Made by a program: the position numbers and the translations under genes. A DNA stretch of 64,000 bases from an uncultured Solirubrobacteraceae bacterium (GTDB taxonomy: Bacteria > Actinomycetota > Thermoleophilia > Solirubrobacterales > Solirubrobacteraceae), in the NCBI GenBank assembly GCA_964588985.1, contig CAZPQW010000016.1, positions 1-64,000 on the forward strand, written 5' to 3'. Below the pieces are notes generated by a model that worked only from the letters and a program-made list of their open reading frames with translations, ran no database searches and was not told where the DNA came from. Shown in pieces: positions 14,318 to 22,932 of the stretch. Position 1 is the first letter of the stretch, and every line of letters starts with the position of its first letter.

Positions 14318-15340
14318 TCAGGCCGAGGGCCGGGGACGGCCCGCGTCGAGCCACTCCTCGAGGTTCGTCTGATGCGGCGCCGGAGCGCCCGTCGCGATCT
14401 CCTCGCGCAGCTCTGAGAGCAGGCCATGACGTTCGGCGAGCACGTTGTGCTGGTGGATCGTCTCGAGGTTCTCCTGGCGCGCGGAGACGAAGCTCGCGCC
14501 GTCCAGATCCCCGAACGCCCCAACCGCGCCCGCGATCATCTCGCGCACGCAGTCCTCCACGAAGCGCGGCCGGCGGTGCGCCTTCTCCACCACCTCAACC
14601 TCGTCGGAGCGCTTCATCAGCTCGTAGATCTCCGACGACATGCTGCTCTCCGCGATCTCCAGCAGCGCCGTCGCGTCGATCTCCGCCCGCGAGCTCTCGA
14701 CGAAGCCGATCTGCAGCGTCGCGAGGCCACGCTGGTTGTGCGTCGCCACCGGCACGTGCTCGAGGATCCGGTCGACCTGCTCCGAGGAGAATCCGTCGCC
14801 CAGGAGCCGCTCGCGCGCACGCGCCGCCACCAGCTCCTGCGCGCACGGGCACGCCGTCATGCCCGTCGCCGACACGCCCACCGTGCGGCGCGTGCCGTGC
14901 TCGAACGCCACCGCGCGGCCGTGCAGCGTGTAGATCTCCTGCGTCTGCACTCCTGAGATCGGGGCGGGCTTGTGCTCGGGGTAGCGCGCCTCGATCGTCA
15001 CCTCCGCGCGGTCGGCGCCCTGGCGCTCACGCACGAGCTCCGCGATGTGCTGGGCGAGCGTCTCCGCGCGAAACGGCGACTCGCTGAAGACCACCTCGCC
15101 GATCGCCTCGTTGACCACCTCGTCGAAGCGCGACATGTGCGCGCCCTTCTGCTTGCGGCTCAGATCCACGAAGCAGTCGAAGCGCGCCGAGAACAGCTCG
15201 TCGCGGATCCGCACCACCTTCTCCACCCCGCTCACGCCCACGCGCGAGAGGCCCACGGGGATCACAGGCACGCGCGCCTGGACGTCGTCGCCTGCGCCCA
15301 TTGTGGGAGACAGCATGGGGGTCGACCGTGTCGCCTGCAC
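14318..15340 (-). CDS. GTP cyclohydrolase of the FolE2/MptA family, MptA-like
   Basis: KGAHMSRF, GMTACPCA, ATHNQRG, MKRSDE, PRFVEDCVR, ETIHQHN. Confidence 0.9.
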   Translation of the reverse strand: MQATRSTPMLSPTMGAGDDVQARVPVIPVGLSRVGVSGVEKVVRIRDELFSARFDCFVDLSRKQKGAHMSRFDEVVNEAIGEVVFSESPFRAETLAQHIAELVRERQGADRAEVTIEARYPEHKPAPISGVQTQEIYTLHGRAVAFEHGTRRTVGVSATGMTACPCAQELVAARARERLLGDGFSSEQVDRILEHVPVATHNQRGLATLQIGFVESSRAEIDATALLEIAESSMSSEIYELMKRSDEVEVVEKAHRRPRFVEDCVREMIAGAVGAFGDLDGASFVSARQENLETIHQHNVLAERHGLLSELREEIATGAPAPHQTNLEEWLDAGRPRPSA

Positions 15341-15588
15341 CGTCAGCCAAGCCTAGCGCGCCCCACGCCCACCCCACACTCGTCGGGAAGCGGCATCCCC
15401 AACCGCCGATTCTGGTATCACTCCGCACATGATCCGTCGGACCGGAATATCGACCGTTGGACGATATGGCTCGGCGGTGGGGGTAATCACGCAGCGAAAC
15501 TGTCGACACAAACGCAACGCACGGGAGGCTTAGCGTAGGTGAGGGGAGGCGGAACGGATCTCCGTTCCGATGGGAGTCGTATAGGTCC

Positions 15589-16836
15589 TTGGGAGTCAAA
15601 TTGAGCCAAAAGCTTGAGGGTCTCACGGCCACCGCGGGTGACACCGCCGTGGTCGAGATCGAGGAGTTGCAGGGGATCATCAGCGAAGGTCAGGAAAAGG
15701 GATTCCTGGCGGCCGACGTACTCATCGCGGCGGTCGAGGAGGCGGAGCTCTCGCCTCAGCAGACACACGACCTGTTCAGCTATCTGGAGGAGCACGGGAT
15801 CGACCTCGCCGGTGCAGGCGAGGCGACGGGAGAGCTGCACCCGGAGGGGCGCGAGCGTCCCGCCACCGAGCAGCCCGACGCACCGGCCGGCGACGGCGCG
15901 GAGCTTGCGAGCGTCGAGCACGACGAGGTCGAGGACCGCGACGAGCAGATCCAGGGCCTGCACTCGCGCCTGGAGGATCTCAAACGGCCCGACATCGACC
16001 TCACGGTCGAGCCGAGCCTCGACTCGCTGCGGCTGTACCTGCGCTCGATCGGGCGGGTGCCGCTGCTGAGCGCCGAGGAGGAGGTCGCGCTCGCGAAGCG
16101 CATCGAACGCGGCGACGTCGCCGCCAAGCAGCACATGGTCGAGGCCAACCTGCGCCTCGTCGTGTCGATCGCCAAGGGCTACGTCGGACGTGGCCTCACG
16201 CTGCTCGACCTGATCCAGGAGGGATCGCTCGGGCTGATCAGGGCGGTGGAGAAGTTCGACCACCGCCGCGGCTACAAGTTCTCCACCTACGCCACCTGGT
16301 GGATCCGCCAGGCGGTCACCCGCTCGCTCGCCGACAAGGGACGCACCATCCGCATCCCCGTGCACATGGTCGAGCGGCTCAACAAGCTCATCCACGCCGA
16401 ACGCAGACTCATCCAGCAGCTCGGGCGCGAGCCCAACCCCGCGGAGCTCGCCGAGGAGCTCGAGTGCACCGTCCGCGAGGTGCGCGACGTGATGCGCATC
16501 ACCCAGCAGCCGATCTCGCTCGAGAAGCCGGTCGGCGAGGAGGACGACTCCTCGCTCGCCGACTTCGTCGAGGACGCAACCGCCGAGTCGCCGTTCGAGA
16601 TCGCCTCCGAAGCGCTGCGCAGGGAAAACGTCACGCGCGTGCTCGCGTGCCTGCCGCGGCGCGAGCGCGAGGTGATAGAGATGCGCTACGGAATCGTCGG
16701 CGGGCGCTCGCGCACCCTCGAGGAGGTCGGCCGCGCGTTCAACATCACCCGCGAGCGCGTCCGCCAGATCGAGAACCGCACGCTCAAAAAGCTGCAGACG
16801 CTGCCCGACGCGCAGCCGTTGCGCGAGGCCTCCTAG
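15589..16836 (+). CDS. RNA polymerase sigma-70 factor, RpoD/RpoS-like paralog
   Basis: [49 protein letters not shown]; start uncertain. Confidence 0.93.
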   Translation: MGVKLSQKLEGLTATAGDTAVVEIEELQGIISEGQEKGFLAADVLIAAVEEAELSPQQTHDLFSYLEEHGIDLAGAGEATGELHPEGRERPATEQPDAPAGDGAELASVEHDEVEDRDEQIQGLHSRLEDLKRPDIDLTVEPSLDSLRLYLRSIGRVPLLSAEEEVALAKRIERGDVAAKQHMVEANLRLVVSIAKGYVGRGLTLLDLIQEGSLGLIRAVEKFDHRRGYKFSTYATWWIRQAVTRSLADKGRTIRIPVHMVERLNKLIHAERRLIQQLGREPNPAELAEELECTVREVRDVMRITQQPISLEKPVGEEDDSSLADFVEDATAESPFEIASEALRRENVTRVLACLPRREREVIEMRYGIVGGRSRTLEEVGRAFNITRERVRQIENRTLKKLQTLPDAQPLREAS

Positions 16837-16915
16837 CCTCGAGCAGCCTCAATCGCAGGCCGTCCCGCGCGGCGGCCTGCGAGCAACATCGGAAGGCCCT
16901 AAACTGACGGCCCCT

Positions 16916-16997
16916 GGCGGGGTTCCCGAGCGGTCAAAGGGGACGCGCTGTAAACGCGTTGGCTCTGCCTTCGCAGGTTCGAATCCTGCCCCCGCCA
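16916..16997 (+). tRNA. tRNA-Tyr(GTA)
   Basis: Acceptor stem GGCGGGG/CCCCGCC, anticodon arm CGCG-CTGTAAA-CGCG, long variable arm, GGTTCGAATCC T-loop; CCA not encoded. Confidence 0.97.
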
Positions 16998-17268
16998 TCT
17001 CGATGCGCCGACGGACATGGAGGTCCAGTCGCGGAAGATCCGGCCAACGCCCGAGAACATTAGGCTTTCCGGTGGGCTTCTGGGAGTCATGGGGATGGCT
17101 CGCTGCGCGCAGACGGTTCTGAGCAGGAGCATTTCGGGAGCAGAGCTGGCTCGGGATCGGGAGCATCGGAAGCAAAGGCCGTCGAGGGACGCGCGTCGAG
17201 GACGAAAAGAGGGCGCTAAGTGCCGAATATCACGCTGAACCGTCGAGCCTCCGTGTCACACTGCGGGC

Positions 17269-18249
17269 ATGGCGGAGGAGCCGATCAAGATTGATTCCGA
17301 CTGGCTCAGGATCGATGTCGAGTCTGTTGAGATAGGCGACCCCGAGCCGGATGGCACGCGGTCGCTTCGGGTCCGCTTCTCAAAGGCTCGCTACAAGCTC
17401 CAGGAGGACGGGAGCGTGCGTGACATTCAGACCAACGATGTCTTCCCGCCCGAGGTCTGGGAGAGTGCGATCAGTCAGATACTCAACGCGGTCGCCAACG
17501 GGCCGACCATCGAGTCGCCCAAACGCCAGGACCTCTACGAGAGACTTCAAGAGCGCTCGGAGGCAGTCGGCTACGCCCTTGAGCACCCCGAGTCGATCGA
17601 GCAGCCGCAGTCGCCGGAGAACCCGCTGGCCGATTTGGTCGGCTCTGAGGTAGCGGTCGCCGCCCTGTGCATCGATCTTGTCGGCTCGACCCAACTGCAA
17701 GCGAGCAATCCCGATGCCTACGGGCGGATCGTCCCGCTGCTGCTGCGCGAGCTTGCCCAGATCGTTGGGGACTGCGATGGGGTGATCGTCAACTTCACGG
17801 GCGATGGTCTGATCGCGGCCTTCGACGGCCACGGCATCTCGATCGCTGCCTGCGACGCCGCGATACATGCCGCCTCGGTCATGGTCGCGGTCGTCTACAC
17901 GGCGCTAAACGTGCAACTTGAACGTCACGGCCTGCCCGCCGTCGATATCCGCATCGGAGCCGACGCTAGCGAGGCGTCGGTGCGCGTCGTTGGCAGCGCG
18001 GCCTCCCGTACTCAGCCCGACGTGTACGGGATGGCTCTCACGATGGCAGCAAAGATTCAGGCCGTCGGTGCGCCCGGCGAGGTCTGGATAGGTGAAAGGC
18101 TCCACGGCCACCTGCACGTCAATAACCAAGTGACCTGCGTACCCGTGGAGCCGCCTGCTAGCTGGCGCTTCGTCAACGGCGGCAACTGGGCCTACAAGCT
18201 CTACGCGATCCCTGTGCGATCGTGGGTAGCAAGGCCCGAGGCTGCCTAA
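17269..18249 (+). CDS. Class III nucleotidyl cyclase domain protein with unknown N-terminal domain
   Basis: CIDLVGST, NFTGDGLIAAF, IRIG, DVYGMALTMAAKIQ, GEVWIGE. Confidence 0.88.
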   Translation: MAEEPIKIDSDWLRIDVESVEIGDPEPDGTRSLRVRFSKARYKLQEDGSVRDIQTNDVFPPEVWESAISQILNAVANGPTIESPKRQDLYERLQERSEAVGYALEHPESIEQPQSPENPLADLVGSEVAVAALCIDLVGSTQLQASNPDAYGRIVPLLLRELAQIVGDCDGVIVNFTGDGLIAAFDGHGISIAACDAAIHAASVMVAVVYTALNVQLERHGLPAVDIRIGADASEASVRVVGSAASRTQPDVYGMALTMAAKIQAVGAPGEVWIGERLHGHLHVNNQVTCVPVEPPASWRFVNGGNWAYKLYAIPVRSWVARPEAA

Positions 18250-18391
18250 CGCAGCCGTGCTAACAGCAGCGTTCGGCTGGCTTCCTGACCGGAATCGCTA
18301 GGTGCTTGACCTGTTTCGCCGTAAATGACCCACCTACAGTGATCATGGTCGAGGGACACTGGCGCAGGTGGCCTCGCGGACCGTCGTGGCC

Positions 18392-19216
18392 TCAATAAAC
18401 GGGCGTTCCAGCGAGGTCCGACTGCACAACAGGTGCCGCCAAGCCGTACCGCAAGCACACCTTCTTCACGAGTTCGGCTAACCATGCGGGTGCTGCTGGC
18501 GACACATGTACGCGCTCGATAAGGCGGTCAAGATCCACTGAGACTCTGACCCCCTGGGGGACCTGCTCATCGGGGTCAACACATCGCTCATCGCGCTCAC
18601 CGTCAGCCGCCTGACGGCTGCAGTAGACCGCGCGCAACTCGCCCTCGAACTCAAAGCTATGCCGCTTGTGAACAAACGGGGCCAAAGCGTTACCTTCTGG
18701 AATCCAGTCCGCGTCGTAGTCCATGTACTGAACCCGTCCTATGTAGACACGTGGCGTTGGATCGCTTTCCGGCAAGCTTTCAATCGGTCCGAAAGCGCTC
18801 CTCAGTCGCTCAAAAGTCGAGCGAATCGCTACCCCTCCAGTCGGTGGTACGTACAAGCCCCAAAGTGCCGCGCTCTCGCGCTGGTTCATACTCCAGCAGT
18901 TGATAAAGGTCTCACGCCGGGCCTTTAGTCGCATCTCGGCGAGAAACGACCACATCGCGTCCAGGTTCTCTGTAGCTACAGGCTGCTTGTAAAGCTCCGG
19001 GTACATCAATGGCCTCACCAGCGGGTTCACGCGGGACAAGCTCCCCTCGAAAGGATCACTCAGGCGCTCGGCGCATGCGAAGAATAGGGATTGGGTGTCG
19101 AGCATGGATACAAGCTTCGTGAAGTCGATGTAGCGCCAGACGACCGCTTGAAGATCTTCGGGCGGCGTAAACACGGGATGCTCTGTGTAGCGGAGGTCTA
19201 GCGGCTCGATTTCCAT
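18392..19216 (-). CDS. DUF2971-like protein
   Basis: VWRYIDFTKL..LSDPFEG..INCW..ESAALWGLY..KRHSFEFEGELR..VHVSP. Confidence 0.75.
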   Translation of the reverse strand: MEIEPLDLRYTEHPVFTPPEDLQAVVWRYIDFTKLVSMLDTQSLFFACAERLSDPFEGSLSRVNPLVRPLMYPELYKQPVATENLDAMWSFLAEMRLKARRETFINCWSMNQRESAALWGLYVPPTGGVAIRSTFERLRSAFGPIESLPESDPTPRVYIGRVQYMDYDADWIPEGNALAPFVHKRHSFEFEGELRAVYCSRQAADGERDERCVDPDEQVPQGVRVSVDLDRLIERVHVSPAAPAWLAELVKKVCLRYGLAAPVVQSDLAGTPVY

Positions 19217-19667
19217 AGGCAGAACCTATCGCGTGCGGGCGGCAGTCTCGCTCAACAGCGGGCCTCAGGCGGGCGGTATTGACTTCGACGCCGTAAACGG
19301 CCGAACGGTCCTTTATTGCTGGGGATCCACCGCATCGCGTCGCCGGGAACGCTAACCGCTTTGCTGGGTTTCGCATTTCAGCGAGACGGGTTTCTTCTTT
19401 CGTTGTGGCGGCTTCCTAGGCCACTTGATGCAGGCCACTTCGCCGCTGCCTCAGATCGTCACACAGATGATCTCGGCGTTGCTGCGGCCGGACGTACAAC
19501 CCAGCCAGCATATATCGTTCCCAGGCGATTGTCCCGGACCGCCGACTCATCCCAATTACCGATCAAAGTCAGGCACGGTTCCGATGCGGCCCCATTCCCA
19601 TTTGAGAGCGTTCATCTTCCAAGGCACACAGAAGGCGGGGGCCGACGCTGCCGAGCATAGCCGTGCG

Positions 19668-20069
19668 ATGGGCGAACTGGTGTTGACGAAGGAGCAGCAG
19701 CTCGAGCACGATCATCTATATAGCTGCCTGTCGGTTCTCGATGGCAAGGCCGCGGCGCTCCTACAGTTCGACTCGATCCTCATCGCGACATCGACGATCG
19801 TGCTGTCGCTCCTAGAAGCCGGAGTAGATGCGAGTTCTGTAGCAGTGGCGGCAGCACTGATCTTCGCCACCATCTCGTCTGCGACGACTCTTGCCGTCAT
19901 AACTCTATTCTGGACTGAGGCTTCCGACCTCAGCACGCCGGATGTCTACCTGCACCATCTACTTGGCGTTCGCGATCAAAGAACCGTCCGCTATCGACTC
20001 GCGTGGCTCGCCGCATGGGTGTCTCTTGCCGCTCTGGTGATCGGAGCGATCTTGAACCGCGTACTCTGA
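19668..20069 (+). CDS. Small 3-TM membrane protein resembling Pycsar effector (PycTM/DUF5706-like)
   Basis: LDGKAAALLQFDSILI..TM..TM..RTVRYRLAW..TM; start set to ATG 19668. Confidence 0.65.
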   Translation: MGELVLTKEQQLEHDHLYSCLSVLDGKAAALLQFDSILIATSTIVLSLLEAGVDASSVAVAAALIFATISSATTLAVITLFWTEASDLSTPDVYLHHLLGVRDQRTVRYRLAWLAAWVSLAALVIGAILNRVL

Positions 20070-20089
20070 GGCTGCCACCAACAGTAGGC

Positions 20090-20560
20090 TTACGTACCGA
20101 TGTCCTCTCGCCAGGCCTCCGGCCAGCGCTCTTGGAAGTCCCTCATCAGGGCAATGCAACGAGCATCGTTCAGCAGCGTCACCTCTACCCCTCGAGCTTT
20201 GAGATAGTCGATCGCGCCGGGAAACGTCACGGCCTCCCCGACTACGACGCGAGGAATGCCGAACAGCAACACCGCACCGGTGCACATGTCGCACGGAGCG
20301 AGCGTGCTGTAGAGGGTCATGCGCCGATAGTCCCTCCTTCTGCCAGCGTTCCTGAGACAGGCAACCTCACCGTGCGCGATCGGATCGCCCCGCTGAATTC
20401 GCTCATTGTGACCAACGGCGACAAGCTCGCCGTCAGCACCCAGCGCAGCGCCGATTGGTATACCGCCTTCGCTCAGGCTCTTCTGTGCCTGCCGGTATGC
20501 CTCTTCGAATATCGCCCGCTCGCCGGGGTCGAGGACGTTCATGTCTTTCCTTTGTCGCAT
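20090..20560 (-). CDS. Zn-dependent nucleoside/cytosine deaminase (yeast Fcy1-like)
   Basis: HGEVACL..TLAPCDMC..WREDIG. Confidence 0.93.
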   Translation of the reverse strand: MRQRKDMNVLDPGERAIFEEAYRQAQKSLSEGGIPIGAALGADGELVAVGHNERIQRGDPIAHGEVACLRNAGRRRDYRRMTLYSTLAPCDMCTGAVLLFGIPRVVVGEAVTFPGAIDYLKARGVEVTLLNDARCIALMRDFQERWPEAWREDIGT

Positions 20561-20695
20561 TGCCTGGGAGTGAGCGTCGCCGACCGCTGGTCAAGCGTCA
20601 ATTGATGACGCGTGAACCGCGCTGCGGTCACCGTAGCTGCTTGGCTGGTCATATTGCGGGGACGAATCCACGGGAAGGGCGCTCACGACAAGGCG

Positions 20696-20723
20696 CAGTC
20701 CTCGACCCTCAGTCCTCGACCCT
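20696..20723. repeat. 14-bp tandem duplication
   Basis: CAGTCCTCGACCCT x2. Confidence 0.8.
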
Positions 20724-20854
20724 CTTGGTTTGCACTGACGGCCCAGTCGGCCCCCGCCACTGCAGCACACTCAGAGCGCTGTGGAGTCTGCGGATGTTGT
20801 GCCAGGTCTCGATGTAACCGTGCAAATCAAAAGCAATGATATAGAATTACACGG

Positions 20855-22018
20855 ATGATCAAGCGACGCGTGGGTGCTGAAGTCGCCGAGCTGCTGGACC
20901 ATGTTCCGGCCGTCGCCCTCCTGGGACCGCGGCAGTCGGGCAAGACGACGCTGGCCCTCGAGATCGCCGAGAGGCGGCCATCGGTGTACCTGGACCTCGA
21001 GTCCGCCGCCGACCGCGCCCGCGTCTCCGAGCCGGCCCTGTACTTCGCCGACCACACGCACGAGCTCGTGATCCTCGACGAGATACACCGTGCCCCTGGC
21101 CTGTTCGAAGCACTGCGCGGCGTAATCGACCAGGGCAGGCGCGAAGGCAGGGGGGTCGGCCGGTTCCTGCTGCTCGGCTCCGCCGCGATCGACCTGCTGG
21201 CGCAGTCGGGCGAGAGTCTCGCGGGGAGGATCGCGTTCGTCGAGCTCGCGCCGTTCGACATCACAGAGGTCGGCGCGGCCGAGCTGGACCGGCTCTGGGT
21301 CCGCGGAGGATTCCCCGACAGCCTTCTCGCGGCTAGCGACGCGACCAGCCTGCGCTGGCGACAGGACTTCATCCGCACATACCTCGAGCGCGAGATTCCG
21401 CAACTCGGCCCACGCATCCCGGCCGAGACACTGCGACGGCTGTGGACGATGTTCGCGCACCATCAGGGCGGCCTGCTCAACGCCGCGCAGCTCGCACGCG
21501 GACTCGGCGTGAGCGGGGCAACGATTGCCCACTACCTCGACCTGATGGTCGACCTGCTGCTCGTGCGGCGCCTGCCACCCCACCTATCAAACGCCGGCAA
21601 GCGGCTCGTGCGCTCACCGAAGGTCTACATACGCGACAGCGGCCTCGTGCACGCGCTGCTCGGCCTGCCCGACAAGGAGACGCTGCTCGGACACCCAGCG
21701 GCCGGAGGAAGCTGGGAGGGCATGGCAATCGAGAACCTACTCGCCGCGGCAGGGCCACAAGCTCAGGGGAGCTTCTACCGCACAAGCCACGGTGCGGAGG
21801 TCGACCTCGTCCTCACCTGGCCCAACGGCGAGGAGTGGGCAATCGAGATCAAGCGCAGCCTCGCGCCGACCCCCGAGCGCGGCTTTCACTCCGCCCTCGC
21901 CGACCTCAACCCCAAGCGCGCACTCATCGCCTACCCCGGACCAGACCGCTACCCCCTCGCGCCGACAATCGAAGCGATCGGCTTGGCAGAGCTATGCGAA
22001 CAAACACAGGCAAGCTGA
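20855..22018 (+). CDS. AAA_14 ATPase with DUF4143 C-terminal domain
   Basis: GPRQSGKTT, ILDEIH, GGFP, KVYIRDSGL, EVDLV..IEIK. Confidence 0.93.
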   Translation: MIKRRVGAEVAELLDHVPAVALLGPRQSGKTTLALEIAERRPSVYLDLESAADRARVSEPALYFADHTHELVILDEIHRAPGLFEALRGVIDQGRREGRGVGRFLLLGSAAIDLLAQSGESLAGRIAFVELAPFDITEVGAAELDRLWVRGGFPDSLLAASDATSLRWRQDFIRTYLEREIPQLGPRIPAETLRRLWTMFAHHQGGLLNAAQLARGLGVSGATIAHYLDLMVDLLLVRRLPPHLSNAGKRLVRSPKVYIRDSGLVHALLGLPDKETLLGHPAAGGSWEGMAIENLLAAAGPQAQGSFYRTSHGAEVDLVLTWPNGEEWAIEIKRSLAPTPERGFHSALADLNPKRALIAYPGPDRYPLAPTIEAIGLAELCEQTQAS

Positions 22019-22818
22019 GCCGCGTTCCTCTCAGACGACGTGGGACTGAACTGGTCTCGGCCGCGCGCGGTCTGAATCGACACCCGGCGCTCCTCGAAGC
22101 GGCCAAACGAACGCGAGAGCGGCTGCTGGGTGACGAGCAGTTCATCGACCGGCTGTCCACGGCTCGCGGTCGCCCAGCCGACCTCGCCACTCGCGAGCTC
22201 AGCACGCTCAGAGGCGACGCTCCAGGTGTGCTGGGCGAGCTCGGCCTCACCGCTCTGCAGGCCTGGCAGGCACTCGCCGAGAACCGGGGTCGCGGTCGCG
22301 GCGAGGTCGATGTCGCGATCATGTTCACCGATCTCGTCGGGTTCTCCAGCTGGTCGTTGCAGGCGGGAGACGACCTGACGATTGCGCTTCTGCGCGACGT
22401 CAGCGACGCGATCGAGCCACCGATCCTGGAGCGCAGGGGTGAGGTGGTGAAGCGTCTCGGCGATGGCTTGATGGCCGCGTTCTGGGACGCATCCAGCGCC
22501 ACCGAGGCCGCCTTCGAGGCGTGCGAGCGCGTCTCCTCGATCGAGATACCCGACTACCGTCCCCGGCTGCGGACCGGCATCCACCTCGGTCGTCCACGCA
22601 AGATCGGAGGCGACTACTTCGGCGTCGACGTGAACATCGCGGCGCGCCTCGTCGAAGCCGCCGAGCCCGGGGAGATCCTCCTCTCGGAGAGCGCCATGCG
22701 GTCACTCGGCGCGTTCGAGGTGAGCGCGACGGAGCGGCGCATCACAGCGAAGGGCGCCCCCGCGAATCTCCTCGCACACGCGGTGCAACAACCGCTTGGC
22801 GCCTCCACAAGGCCGTAG
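21994..22818 (+). CDS. Adenylate cyclase (class III, canonical motifs)
   Basis: MFTDLVGFS, VKRLGDG, DYFGVDVNIAARL; start uncertain. Confidence 0.85.
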   Translation: MRTNTGKLSRVPLRRRGTELVSAARGLNRHPALLEAAKRTRERLLGDEQFIDRLSTARGRPADLATRELSTLRGDAPGVLGELGLTALQAWQALAENRGRGRGEVDVAIMFTDLVGFSSWSLQAGDDLTIALLRDVSDAIEPPILERRGEVVKRLGDGLMAAFWDASSATEAAFEACERVSSIEIPDYRPRLRTGIHLGRPRKIGGDYFGVDVNIAARLVEAAEPGEILLSESAMRSLGAFEVSATERRITAKGAPANLLAHAVQQPLGASTRP

Positions 22819-22932
22819 ATCACGACGCAACTGCGGCCGAAACCCGACTGCACCGCAACCCGGGCGCGAGGCCTCCCCTTGGCCCCGCGCCCGACCCCGT
22901 CTCCTGCGGCGACTCCCCCAGCCGCCGACCCC

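Larger units (their letters stand above)
16998..22018. mobile_element. Putative degenerate genomic island downstream of tRNA-Tyr (no integrase seen)
   Basis: Visibly lower GC and atypical codons, accessory genes in alternating orientation, GGAGCA repeats near the tRNA; right boundary uncertain. Confidence 0.5.

Noticed and set aside
19217-19667. Possible gene or N-terminal extension in the island spacer
   Set aside because: Only short ORFs with no recognisable motif; possibly decayed DNA but not supportable as a pseudogene
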